DNA of 64,000 bases. Origin: Octopus vulgaris. Its lineage: Eukaryota. Location: assembly GCA_951406725.2 (NCBI GenBank), contig OX597826.1, positions 53,072,001-53,136,000 on the forward strand, written 5' to 3'. The notes below the pieces were generated by a model. It saw only the letters and a program-made list of their open reading frames with translations, was not told the origin of the DNA and ran no database searches. The position numbers and the translations under genes were made by a program. The number at the start of each line of letters is the position of its first letter. Position 1 is the stretch's first letter. Shown here one piece after another: positions 1-13,347 of the stretch.

Positions 1-1444
1 ATTCAACTCAGCTGATAGGTCATTTTAGTCACTGATACCACAAACTAACATTGTCATCAGCCGCAACAGTACGAAATTGAACTGATATCTGTAACTGATT
101 TCTTTTGTGAAAGGTTTGAAGTATATATTACTCTACTACTTGTTGTAAGATTTTAATCTGAATCAGATTAAATTAGTCATTCTAACAGTGAACTGATCCG
201 AGCAATGAGCTATTCAAAATTGCATATTGTAAATGAAGGAGTCGAATGAATTGTTCGCTTCTCTACAGACTATCTATAGGCTGTCACATAAATAGTCGAG
301 TAAGACTCTTCATATTTCATTTACGTTCACCACCAGCAAATGGTTGTAAGTAATGATTTTGAAGTTATGCTGCTCGCTTCGCACCTCGACCATTACAGCT
401 AATCATTTTGATCAATTGCAGGAACATTGATAATACAAAATGATGCACAGTTTACAGTTATAAACCATTGCAGCTTATAGTTACAAGCGATTGTGCCAAA
501 TGGTTACCATCCATTATAACTTTTACACAGGCTTCGACCTCTGTTACATTAAAGCAATCCAAAAGGAGATCTTCGCTCAGCTAATCTCACCACGAAATAA
601 CTCCTTAGTTGGTTGAAGACACAAAATCGTTAACATATTTCTAACTGTCCCAGTAAGAGGATATTCATTTTATCTTCTGTTTTTTTTTTAAGTCAGTCTA
701 AGAGGTAATCTAATTTACATAGAGTCTGTATAACACATTTTCTACACAAGAATTACTTGACTAAAATCGATATACAGACATCTTAATTCGTACATCTACA
801 TGCTTCTGTTTCATCTTACTTCAAACTACATTTTATATGATTTTCAGTAATAGTTAAACCGCCACTTTGAGTGGGGTGGAACTAAACAATATAAAAGGGG
901 AAATGAAAGCAATAATAGTAAAATCTTGTAAATATCCAAATAGAAAAGCTTCATTTATCGTCTTCTCTGCACAAATTATACATCACGTTAACATAGTTAT
1001 TTATATATATATATATATATATAAGAAGAAGACAAAGGAAATTCTTTAACACACTTTAATGATTCTTTACACTTATTTCTCTACCAACTCTACTTGCAAC
1101 GCAAGAATTCGAAGTGAAAATTTGAAAATTTGGGTTTTGTTGACGGTTTTAAACTTAGAGAGGTACTACTCCAACTGACATAATGAAGTGATATACACAT
1201 AGACAGCCTTGAAAGAGAAGAGAATAAAAGAAAGGCGCAAAATTCTCGACCAAATAATTTTGCTGAATTGAAGAATTTTTTCAGAAAAATTGTAATTAGA
1301 AACATGAAGAATATAAATAAGAATATAAAGAATGCGTGCTATAAAAATAGTTTTGTTCAATCTTTTATTTTGAGTAAACTGAAAAGTAAATTACCGAATT
1401 AATACGGAGTTATGTGTAAAGGACTGTCAAAAGATAAAAACAAT

Positions 1445-1602
1445 AAGCTGTCTTTATATTCTGAGTTCAAATTCCGCCGAGGTCGACTTTGCCTTTCATC
1501 CTTTCGGGATCGATAAATTAAAAGTTGCGTACTGTTGTCTATCTAATCGACTGGCCTCTTCCCCAAAAATTTCGGGCCTTGCGCCTAGAGTAGAAAAGAA
1601 TC
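1445..1602 (+). mobile_element. 5'-truncated SINE, family A (Meta/MESC-like core)
   Basis: ttctgagttcaaattccgccgaggtcgactttgcctttcatcctttcggg core shared with copies at 5140, 21985, 36712, 38040 and 63188. Confidence 0.75.
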
Positions 1603-3870
1603 TATTTTCTGATCAGTAAGGTAATTAATATAGAAGAAGCAAACTGATAGGATATTTTAATAAATAAAGAAGAAATTTAAATATTTAGTTATTAATGATA
1701 TTAACATTGATGGTGATTATGAAAGAATGTGTGAATGTTAAAGATGTCGGTGTAAGAATTACATTTTGGCTACTCTCTATGAAAACAAGTCATCACTGTT
1801 TAAGGATATACGATGTAATATTAAAAAGTTGTCATTGTACATTTACGTATGCAGTGTGTATATATGCAGCATCACTGTCTTTTCATTGCGTATTCATGTT
1901 ACGACTTTCATATTTACTAAGATTCACATAGACTTTCACTTTCTGTCAAATGCAGTCAAACACATTATTCTGATTTCATTCATATACGTTGAACCACCAT
2001 TCACTTGGGAATACTTTCATGTGAATATTTGAGTGGTACTGCGAATGTCGAATTACGTTATTAGATTTTTATGGCCATTTCAATATGAATCAAAAAAATA
2101 TTTGGTGGAGTTTGTATGGGTTTATTACAGTTGTTATCAATTTCCGTATATCATGGAGTTGAAATGTTCATATGTTTCATATATTTTGTATTGGTATTTT
2201 TACAGAGAGCAACATATGCATAAATGCAGCGTCAAGGACTTCTCATTTTTATGTATTATATTGTATAATCCACTCCACTAATCAATATCGACCATATAAA
2301 CAAATAAATAATAACTATATGTGTGTACGTGCTTGTGCGTGTATGTAGACGTACACACACACATACATATATTCACATACGGTAGTGTGTGAATAATATT
2401 CTTAAGGTCAACATTTACTCACTCGTCACCATTTTTAGGCTTTGTCGCTTATTCAGTTTTTTCGTTACCAAATTTGATGTCTATAACTTTTAGATTGGTC
2501 GACCTGTAAGCTACATTTTGGACTACAAAATTTGAAATTTGGCTCAGTAGAAAAAAAGTTGAAATTTCAAATATGTGCGATCAAAAAAGGGAGAATAATC
2601 CCTGAAATCGACTTCAGGGATATACACGCGACGCCGCATACATACTTTCGTAAATACACACACACACATACACACATAATCAATGCACACACATGCACAT
2701 GCACATAACTTACTTTTAAAACGCCCATGAGAGGAAACAAAGGTGAGTGGGATTAATACGTAGTTTTAAGGAGAGAGGGGATAAGTTGACAACAATTGAT
2801 GACAAGTGGACTCTTTTCTGCTGTCCATCGTAAATATACACTCACACAGACACACATACATATGTATATGCATACATACATACATATTGCAGAAAAATGT
2901 CACTGTGGTTTAAAGTTTAATCCTTTTCATCTAGTCAGAAAACAGGATTTAGAAGCTGGTATTTTCTACATGATAGTTGCCTATCACAAAATGAAAACAA
3001 AATCATTATGCGAGGAAGAATATTTATTAAACAAACGAAAGCAAAGCATTACCACGACTAAAGCTGTAAGATCTTCTGAGGTTTTAATAAGTTTTTTGCT
3101 TGCTTTTAAACTTTAATTCAATATTATGAGTAGCAGAATTTAGATTATTATTTCTTAGGGTATATTGACAAGGATTTTGCTTTCAGATAGTATGATTGGA
3201 TTTTCAGAGTAGTAGTATTCAGATTTTTTTAATTTTAAGGTAAGTTGACAAGAACAGTAGCTTTAATTTTTATTTTGCATGAATTTCAACAAACTAACTT
3301 TACCCTAACAAGAACAGGTAGCCCATCCTACCTTACGGTGGGTGCATTGGCTATTTTTGCATTTAAAAAAATGTTATATTAGCCTTGGCTTTATCATTTA
3401 TATGATCAAATTCTCTTCTTACTATCTAGTTGATATATTCTCATACCTCTTCTTGCTAACTCTCCTTACTATATATAGATATAGCTCATTTCTTGATTTT
3501 ATAATAAAATTAGTATTACATTAATATTCACTATTATATAGAAAATTATTTTTCATAACGAATGTTTGCACTTTCTCTTTTGGCGCGTTCGTATTATGCA
3601 CTTTCTTTCAATATAAAAAATTGTATATAGAGTGGAGATATAGGATCTAATATTTTTTTACAGTTATAATTACATTTCTCATTATCCTAAAATTTTAAAG
3701 GAAATAGATATACAGGCAGGTTTCATTTAATTCAAATATCCTTTAATAGAAGAATATCTATGAATTTTATTGCATTGCCTGGAAAAAACTGGATTACAAT
3801 GAAAAATGCAGGCGCATGCATGTTTTTATTCATGTTATTACACCTGGAAAAGTACAGAATAAGATTTCTA

Positions 3871-4464
3871 CAGTAGAATTTGCCTAATTCGTCACCTTTA
3901 AAGGAAACTAAAAGATACTTAAAATTAAAATTCTACAGTACTTAAAATATTGCAGTCGAGAATATTATTTTTTTAAATTAAAATACATCATATTAGGTAA
4001 ATTTGAGATAATTTGTTTTATGTATCATGAGAATCTAAAAAACAAGTAAATCTTTAAAAGCATGGTACAAAAATAATCAAAAATAAATTTAGACATTTTT
4101 TTAAATCATGTCCTTTTAAATACACAATAAAAATAGTCATTTATTTAGTTGTATCAAGTTCAAATAATAAGATATGGAATTGTAAATAGTATTGCACAAG
4201 ATTTTTTCAGTTGAATTGAATTCCCATTACAAAAAAAAGGAACGCAGTAGAATGGTCATTAAATGGTTTCAAATCAACCATATGCTCAGTCAATTCTTCC
4301 ACATTCAAAAAAACAAAATTAATCTGACAAATAAACCATATGTAAAATTTATTACTTAGCGTCAATACAGTAGAATTAGCCTAATTCGTTTTTGGATACT
4401 TCGTTACTTCACCTACACTTTCATTTTTTTTTCGTAGGGAAGACTAAATAGGCGAATTCTACTG
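3871..4464. mobile_element. Tc1/mariner-pogo-type MITE with TA-flanked TIRs and a duplicated left end
   Basis: TA|CAGTAGAATTTGCCTAATTCG at 3871 and TA|CAGTAGAATTAGCCTAATTCG at 4368; inverted copy ctaaataggcgaattctactg|TA ending at 4464. Confidence 0.6.
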
Positions 4465-4505
4465 TATTTTTTTTAATGAATTCTATTTTATTACATTTTT
4501 AAAAT

Positions 4506-4679
4506 ATTGCTTTTTTCCAAAAATAAGCCCATGGGCTTAAATACCGACTTAAATAATTTTGCTTAAATAATTTTTTTTTCTGAAAATAAAAATTAGTGGG
4601 GCCTACATGAATAGAATTTCTGAATATAAGCCCATAGGCTTACAATCGGATGGGCTTAGTTTTGGAAAAACCCAGTAAT
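4506..4679. mobile_element. Small MITE with imperfect TIRs
   Basis: ttttttccaaaaataagccc ... gggcttagttttggaaaaa inverted ends; internal aagcccatgggctt repeats. Confidence 0.5.
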
Positions 4680-4740
4680 GTTTTTATAATTTTTGTTTTA
4701 ATAAAATATAGTAAATTTCTTAAATGTTATTCTCGGCTGC

Positions 4741-4832
4741 AATATTTTAAGGCAAATGTATGAACTTGCCCATTAAGAGCACAGTAATATTTTAAGGTAA
4801 ATGTATGAACATGTCCCATTAAGAGTACAACA
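4741..4832. repeat. Two-copy ~46-47 bp tandem duplication
   Basis: aatattttaagg(c/t)aaatgtatgaac...cccattaagag(c/t)aca occurs twice head to tail. Confidence 0.8.
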
Positions 4833-5139
4833 ATTGTGGGAGATTTGTATTATCTGAAGACACTGATCTACATAAGATCGGACATGAAGTAGAAGATTTT
4901 GATTTAAAATCAAAAGAATTTAAATCAAAGTCTTCTACATAAAATTCAGTACTCTTGAAGATTGGTTTACTTCTAACCTCAGCAGAAATTATAGTTTGAA
5001 TGAATCAAATTTTTCTTTTTATCTAATCTGAGATGAATTATGGACCATTTTTCTTATCATCAAATATTTCCGTTTATTTTCAAAAAATTCTGTAATTTTA
5101 TTTTGTTCCTGAATTCTTGCCAAATATATAATATACCTC

Positions 5140-5355
5140 AAAGGCAGCGAGCTGGCAGAATCGTTAGAACGCTGGGCGAAATGCTTAGTGGTATTTCGTC
5201 TGTCGCTACGTTCTGAATTCAAATTCCGCCGAGGTCGACTTTGCCTTTCATCCTTTTGGAGCCGATAAATTAAGTATCAATTGAGTACTGGGGTTGATGT
5301 AATCGACAATCCCCCTCCCTCAAATTTCAGGCCTCGTGCCTATATTAGAAATGAT
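5140..5355 (+). mobile_element. Full-length SINE family A with 15-bp TSD
   Basis: ggcagcgagctggcagaatcgttag head; TSD tatataatatacctc at 5125-5139 and 5356-5370. Confidence 0.9.
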
Positions 5356-6142
5356 TATATAATATACCTCCAAAACACTACACTGATGAGAAACAACAAG
5401 TCGAAACATGTTTTCTGTAAAAATTAAAAGACGAATTATGTTAATTGAAATCAATGGAATATCAAAATTTGAAAATATATATAGTGTCTACTGTTTAATT
5501 AATGCTCTATTGTGATTTCTCTCCCTTTCAAAGAAGTTGAATAACCAATGAGAAATGAGCTTATACAGAGGCAGAAGTCTCAACCGAATATATCAAACAT
5601 AATTACCATCGTTGTGAGAGTAGTTTGTCTAAAGAATTTGGCCGATGAAGAAATGGGTGTCCTGACATCCATGGATTTGCAGAGGAAATGGATGTCCTGA
5701 CATCTTTTAAAATACACAGACACAGAATAATTGGAATCAATTTTTTTTTCCATAAAATCCAGCTTTATTAAAACAGATCCTACTGCCAAAGTCACCACAA
5801 GATGATATTGTGGCTGTTTTGATAAATTGCAAAACTTCTCAATTTGATCTGAACAGATTTGTGAACCGTATTGATTTTTATTAAATATTTCTATCTACAT
5901 CTCACCGTCAATTTGTATGGTATTCCTGTTACTTTCTGAAATCTTGCCAAATATTATATAATATAATTCGTGTACCTTTAAATCCTTTTGCACCAGTGTG
6001 ACACGAAGTGTCGAAACAATATTGTTTACAAATATTAAAATACTGATTGTATATGGAACAAAAATAAATAAGAATGATAAAAGTACGTTGTGTTCTCATT
6101 AATTTGTTTATCATATATGTGTTGTGTGTGTATCAAAACAGG

Positions 6143-6465
6143 GTGAAGGCACGTGGCTTAGTGGTTTGGTGGTGGGGGCATTCGACTCATGAGCGTAAGG
6201 TCGTGAGTTCAGTTCCCGGCGGCGCGTTGTGTCCTTGAGTAAGACACTATATTTCACGTTTCTCCAGTCCACTCAACTGGCAAAAATGAGTAGTACCTGT
6301 ATTTCAAAGGGCCAGCCTTGTCACGCTGAATCTCCTCGAGAACTACCTTAAGGGTACACGTGTTTGTGGAGTGCTCAGCCACTTGCACGTTAATTTCACG
6401 AGCAAGCTGTTCCGTTGATCGTATCAGCTGGGACCCTCGTCGTCGCAATCGACGGAGTGCTCCAC
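6143..6465 (+). mobile_element. tRNA-derived CORE-type SINE (family C), sharing its 3' body with family B
   Basis: A box tggcttagtgg, B box-like gagttcagttccc, CORE-like gtgtccttgagtaagacact...ctccagtccactcaactg. 3' part tatttcaaagggccagcc...gacggagtgctcca shared with the 21045 and 60001 copies. Confidence 0.8.
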
Positions 6466-7125
6466 CATCAAAACAGGACGTTGGAAAGAAAGTTTTTTTA
6501 TCATTTATTCACTATTACATTTGTTTCAGTTGCTAATAGGAATTACAAATGTGTACATGTAGGAGAAACATGTAAGAAAATTTTTATAAGAAATTCTTCA
6601 GACAGAAAATCAAATAATACAAATTTACATGTGGATGAAGCGTTTATATATAGTTAGCAATCGGAAGTCATATAGATAATGGGAGAGAGAATGAAGAGCA
6701 AATCTAGTAGTACAGAAAGGAGAGACATTAAGTCTATATACATATACGCACATATACCAGGTCGAGGGTCATGGTCTGTTCTTCATTTCTTTACTTTGCT
6801 GTTGAATTGTACAATCATTTCGTCTAATAACACCGGCCTATCACTTGGTCATAGCCCACCAGCTAAAGTGAGATATCGGTGTGTGGTACTGGAAGCCATC
6901 AAGTGAGAATTTAGAGTTGAATGAGGACCAGTGATACTTGTCCACCTGACCATTCCTGGCAAGGTACAAGTGCGAGACACCGAACGTACTTCCTCTATTC
7001 AGATCCCCCGTACACACCACACTGTTATCTGAAATGAAAAATAATAAAACATTCAAACGGTAGGTAGTGTCCGCACGATAAAACGGTATAATGAGATGAT
7101 GCGGGGAGTATATTTACTTTTGAGA

Positions 7126-7127
<2 letters not shown>

Positions 7128-7172
<45 letters not shown>

Positions 7173-7232
7173 ATGTGTGTGTATGTGTATGTGTGTGTGT
7201 GTGTGTGTGCGTGTGTGTCTGTGTGTGTATGT
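7128..7232. repeat. (TG)n microsatellite
   Basis: Direct reading; one of dozens of (TG)n/(TA)n/(TATG)n tracts in the window. Confidence 0.95.
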
Positions 7233-8440
7233 ATATAAAAAAGAAACCAGAATTTTGCAATATCGTTTATTCACTTAGTTTTACACTTTTAAACATTTAT
7301 CGCCTTCAAAGTATTCTCCATTTGAAGCAATGCATCGGTCCAAACACCTTTTCTTCTGCTCGAAGCAGTCCTGGAACTCTTGCGAAATAATGACTTTTGA
7401 CGCCTCCGTCGTTTTTTTCTTCACTTCTTCCACATCTGCAAAACATTTTCGGCTAATAACTTTTTTTTTTCATTCGGCGAGCGAGAGAAAGAAGTCGTAG
7501 TGAGCAAAACTGGGTGAATAGAGAGGCTTGGTAAGCGAGGTCATGCCATTTTAAATACTGTCTCACACTTAAGAGGGTGTGCGCAGGATGAAACCACTAC
7601 TCTCCACTCTCCCACAGATAGGGATGTTTTCGTCTCACCGCGTCTCGCAAACTTTTCAGATCTGCCAAGTATAATGTCTGGTTAACGGTTTGACCAGGAG
7701 GAACACATTCTGTGTGAAAAATTCCTTTCGCATCGATGAAACAAATCAGCATCGTCTTGACCTTGGCCATCACTTGACGCATTTGGGGTGGGGCGTGATG
7801 ACATTGAATGTTTCTACTGACAATATTGCTGCATCGTTTCCTAGTTGTAGCTGTAGCACCAGGTTTCGTCATCAGTCACGACCTTCGAAAAAAAGGTTCC
7901 AATCAACTTCCAACTGCTTTTTCAGATCACGACACGCATTCAGTCCTGACTGCTTTTGATCCTCCGTGAGCAAGCGAGGCACAAATTTTGCAGCAACTCT
8001 TTTAATTCTCAATTCCTCACTCAAAATTCGTTGGCAGAAGCTCCACGACACACCAGTCATATCAACAAATTCAATTGTTCGTTGACGGTCCCCAAAGATC
8101 AGAACATGAATTTTCGTGAGTGAGGTTCGTCTTCAAGCGACAAATGACCATTGCTGAAGCTCGAAAACCACTCGTAAACTTGTGTTTTGCTCATGACGGC
8201 GTCTTTGTAAGCTGTTTGTTGCATGACAGCATGACAATTGTTTTCGTCGCCGTTTTCCCCTGAAGAAAACAAAATTTCACGGAGGCACGCTTGTTCCTTC
8301 GTTTTTGAGCCATCGCAAAAATCGACGAACAGTGGAGAAGCACTGAAAACCAAAGACCACCATGTGGCAGTATGACTTCACTCGACAACGAGGCCGGTTG
8401 ACAGACCAATGGCTGAAGGTCGCATCAAGCGACTTCTAGC
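7230..8440 (-). mobile_element. Decayed mariner (DD34D-type) transposon
   Basis: Frameshifted pieces RASVKFCF..GKTA, MSKTQVYEWF..F.NG..SLEDEP, RVAAKFVPRLLT, TMLICF.DAKGI.H.ECVPPGQTVNQ, and C-terminal CIASNGEYFEGD. Confidence 0.85.
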
Positions 8441-8570
8441 AGCTTATCCCACAAGTGCAAACAAGGGAGTCAGAGAAAGGCAGAATGCCACTTATATCTG
8501 AACACTACTATAGAAATATTCCTTTAAAAAAACTTTCCTTCTAATTTTTCTAAATTTAATTATTTAATCG

Positions 8571-8614
8571 TTACAGTTGAAAAGGTCTCAAAATGACCGA
8601 AACCGGTACTGAAA
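8571..8614 (+). ncRNA. Minimal type I hammerhead ribozyme motif, U3:A8 core variant
   Basis: cag-TTGAAAA-GGTC tcaaaat GACC-GAAA-CCGG-TA-ctg: stem I CAG/CTG, stem II GGTC/GACC, 1-bp stem III with palindromic CCGG loop, GUA cleavage triplet. Confidence 0.65.
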
Positions 8615-8693
8615 TGTTCACTATAAAATTATTTTAGCATTTTCTATTTTGACTTGTTTTTTCATATATATCAACTCGTGTGTTCATTTTCAC

Positions 8694-8747
<54 letters not shown>

Positions 8748-8750
<3 letters not shown>

Positions 8751-8953
8751 TCAAAATGTGACGGCGTGTGTACCGTTGGCGATTTTTTTCCTCTGTCTTC
8801 CCTTCTCTGGATCTTTCCTTCTCCTATGTTTCCGACGAAGAGCTCCGCTCGAAACGTTAAACCCTCCTTCTTTCCCGAGCCTCCAATAATACTATATTTG
8901 TTCCACGTCCTCGCGTTGTTGAGTTTTTTTGTGCTTTCTTGTTTGGATTAACT
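8748..8953 (+). mobile_element. Penelope-like pseudo-LTR/3' tail remnant with hammerhead-like motif at 8828-8862
   Basis: gttt-CCGACGA-A-GAGC tcc GCTC-GAAACGTT-aaac; same layout as the tail of the PLE at 46894-48878. Flanked by (TA)n; its last 60 bp recur at 52729-52790. Confidence 0.6.
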
Positions 8954-8971
8954 TTATATATATATATATAT

Positions 8972-9019
<48 letters not shown>

Positions 9020-9039
9020 ATTTAAATATGTATGTATGT

Positions 9040-9250
9040 ATTCTTTTATTCTTTTACTTGTTTCAGTCATTTGAATGGAGCTATGCTGGAGCACTGCATG
9101 CTGGAACAAATCAACTCCAAGACGTATTCTTTGAAAGGCTACTACTTATTTTATCGGTCCCTTTTGTCGAGCCGCTAAATTACGGGGATGTAAACACACC
9201 GACATCGGTTGTCAAGCAATGGTGGCGTGACAAACAACACAAACACACAC
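9040..9250 (-). mobile_element. 3' half of SINE family D (microsatellite-carrying SINE)
   Basis: cttttacttgtttcagtcattt...gccgctaaattacggggatgtaaacacaccgacatcggttgtcaagc; further partial copies near 12100-12220, 13865-13955, 17290-17500 and 51545-51700. Confidence 0.75.
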
Positions 9251-9269
9251 TTCAATGGGCTCAAAGTAC

Positions 9270-9990
9270 ATAACGTTAGACATACGTTTTGCTCTGTTCA
9301 GTAACAGAACCGGGGAGACCCTTGATTAATCTGACGTTTGGGTAATTGGTTGGATCTGTTTTGGAGATGAGTGTCACCAATGTTTACGACGTCAACAACA
9401 AGGTGGAGGAGTCATATTGTTGGGTGGTATCATTGGGTACGGACTTGTAGGTCCACTCAGGGCACCTGGAGAGGTTAAAGTGACCGCAGCCACCTACTGC
9501 AATCTTTTGAAGAAGGTCTTGGATCCCTGGCTAGATGACATACTGCTGCCACTTCTAAGGAACCTCGTATTCATGCATGGCAATATACCCTCTCACTATT
9601 AGCGTTTTACGGTATATAAGGTGAAAAGTTGATGGTGTGGCCGCTAGCATCTGTGGATCTCACCCCTATAGAAAATCTTTGGTGCATCATTAAACAAGAT
9701 ATTTATCCCGATGGACACTAGTTTACCTCGAAATATGTCTTATGGGCGACTATCAAAGGTGTCACAGCGGAAGGCCAACCTGCTACTATTAAGAAGTTGA
9801 CAGCTTCCATAACTAATAAGGTTTCTGAAGTTTTTCTTCAAAATGGCGCTCATGTAACTAAATAATACATTATGTCAATATAAGTTTTGAAATTATTATA
9901 GTTTAGTTTTCTGTTAAATATATACTCAATATATGCCTAATATGTATCATTAACCTTCATTTTCTGAAAAAGAATATCTAGATGGGCTAT
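9270..9990 (+). mobile_element. Decayed Tc1-type transposase, 3' part and terminal region
   Basis: RRQQQGGGV..LGGIIG..LVGP, FMHGNIPSH (FMQDNAP.H), VWPLASVDLTPIENLW (WP..SPDLNPIENLW). The terminal region is partly duplicated near 10350-10640. Confidence 0.8.
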
Positions 9991-10048
9991 TTTCATTCAA
10001 AAGCTGTTAGCGTGGTTCTGGTTGCGTGTGTGCGTGTATACACACACG

Positions 10049-10111
<63 letters not shown>

Positions 10112-10928
10112 GTATGTTAGGTCATTAAGAATGAAACGTGTCGATTTTGAAATGAACGATTTTTTTTTTTACTTAACCTCAACAAAAGGCAATGCAGTTA
10201 ATTAAGGTATGCAGCTAAATTATCGACACAATTTTGTCATTTTATCGGCAGCTTATTTATGCTGGTAGCAAAGAATTCTGGAGAACAAGAGGTGATGAAA
10301 TCACGAAAGGCTGTTTTTGCATCTTCTCCAGATTTGAAGTGCTTTATTATGGTTTCCTATTAAATATATACTCAATGTATGCTTAATATATATCATTACC
10401 CTACATTTTCTGCAAAAAAAAATGTCTAGATGGTCTATTTTCATTCAAATGCTGTTAGCGTGTTTCACCCCAAAAGTGAAGAATCTGAAATTAAAAAGAA
10501 AGGACGTTACACAGAATAATGAAAACATAACGATGTTGTTGTCATAGTGTGCATACCAGCTGGAAAAAGTTTTATCAAAATCGATTCACAGAAAACCGAG
10601 AAATCCTAGATTTCCCTCCTAAACAATTAGCGTGGTTCTAAGTGTATGTATGCATACGCACGCTGTTACGTATGCGCACGCGTGTGTTCGCGTGAGTATC
10701 TACGTATTCATGCATATGTGTATATGTATGTAAATCGATATGCGTGCGCGTAATTATAATTCCACATATTCCTATAAAGTATTTCACATGATATTTGGTT
10801 ATGTACTTTCCTCTTTCTTGCACTTATGTGAATGTATGCATACGTGAATAATTATGGTTATGTATAGATAAATTTTAAGTGTGTGTGTGTGTGTGTGTAT
10901 TTATGTACATATGCGTGTATGTATATAA

Positions 10929-10966
<38 letters not shown>

Positions 10967-10968
<2 letters not shown>

Positions 10969-12094
10969 TAGCATTATGACCCGTCGTTGCCGGGTCATAG
11001 TGCTGGTGCATGTATATATGTGTATATATATGTGTACATATTACATGTACATCTATATATATACATCTACACATAAAATACAAAATACAAAGTTATATCT
11101 TGATATCGCCAGTGGTAACAATACTCAAAATATATAACAGACTGGAATTGTTAGCCCGTCTCTTGTAATTTCGATCAATTGTATCTTGTCCTCCCTCTAG
11201 TATAGAATTGTGGCTACAATCCAGCCTACCTCTATTTCTGCGGGGGGGGGGGGCATTTTAAATTTTTATCCGGGACGTCCTGCGTCCCAGATATAAAGGT
11301 AGAAATAAAATATTTCCACTTTGCAAGTTCGAGTCGAGTACTCCCTTGCACGCTCAGTTGACTCGAACCTTGCTTCTATTGTGGCGAATTTACCACCTAT
11401 GGTTAGATATCTTTCATAGTCACACCAAGACACTTTTCGATGGTGCTTTCCTCCAGGTGTTCAAATCTTTTTTCTCTACATTGTATACTTTATAGACGAT
11501 AGCTTTTTTCTTTAATTTAATTTTTTATTATCCATCTGGACCATTCCATTTCTGCACGCTAATTTTATTTTTAATTTATTCACATTCATGTGAAACCACT
11601 TATTCAAGTTCAAGTCATTGATGCACTTTTATACCAACTGCTATTTTTACTTTTGTTATGTTACGATTATATTATACTTTAGTTTGATTTTAATTATTAC
11701 TTACTACATATAATTCAATTATTATTAGTTTTATTGTTAAAGTGAAAGTATCTGACATAAAATAGAGAAATGTTTTTGTTTCAATTTTAATACGTAATAC
11801 TGAAATAGTGGAGAAGATATGATATTGCTATGGGCTCACTCTAGGCAAGAAGTTGAACATTTTTTTTGCCCATAAACCTACATGGGCCCTACGTAAGGCA
11901 TGTGTAAAATTTGAATGAAATTGGTTGTGTAGTTCTCAAGTTTTAGGGAATAGTAGTGGAGAAGATATGATATTGCTGTGGGCTCGCCCTAGGCAAAAAG
12001 TTAATGAAATTGGTTGTATAGTTCTCAAGTTCTAGGGAAACACACACACAGACAGACAGACAGACAGACATTCACAGTTTTATATATATAGAGA
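10967..12094 (-). mobile_element. Putative non-autonomous Helitron-like element
   Basis: Minus strand begins TCTCTATATATATAAAACTGTGAATGTCTGTCTG and ends CTAG|T after a hairpin at 10967-11007; internal duplication at 11805-12040. That the two ends belong to one element is an assumption. Confidence 0.45.
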
Positions 12095-12237
12095 TATATA
12101 TTCTTTGTAAGGCCAGTACTTACTTTTTCGGTTTCTTTTGCCGAACCGCTAAATTACTGAGGCGTAAACACACCAACATCGGTTGTCAAGCGATGGTGGG
12201 GGAAAAAACACAGACACAAACATACATACATGCATAC

Positions 12238-12700
<463 letters not shown>

Positions 12701-12799
12701 AGTACATATTTTTAAATTTTGAACTAGTTTTCAATCCCACTGTATTTTGTAATGCACGGTGTATATTTCGATGTATTTCTTAAGAAAACCTTCGAGTGT

Positions 12800-12832
<33 letters not shown>

Positions 12833-13250
12833 TTCATGTTTAAGATTTTATTTTTATTTCATTTTATTGTATTTTACAAACCCATTTAATCGTTATATTT
12901 ATGGATAATTCGATATATGGCGTTCTATTTTGCATGTCTTTTACCCGATTTTTATTATTATACACTCAGCATTTTTTTAAATGTTGTTTATATATATACG
13001 TTAGGACCTAGATATGTTTTTAGTGGATGTCTGAATTTTAGGCACGTATTTGTATGTGTGTATATGTGTAAGTAAGCGTGTATGTTTATACATGTACACA
13101 TAGTGCATGGATGTATATGTACGCATTTATACACTTATATTTGTGTGGATATGTATTTACGTGCATATCTCCATATATACGTGATCTTATATGTGTATTT
13201 ATATGCTAATATATACTTATGTGTGTGTGTATATATATATATATAGAGAG

Positions 13251-13346
<96 letters not shown>
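13251..13346. repeat. (GATA)n microsatellite; a second tract at about 15398-15492
   Basis: Direct reading. Confidence 0.95.

Positions 13347-13347
<1 letters not shown>

Noticed and set aside
5376-5420. Hammerhead-like CTGATGAG...TCGAAACATGTT
   Set aside because: Core and palindromic stem III are present, but stem II has only 2 bp and stem I is out of register; at best a dead relic.
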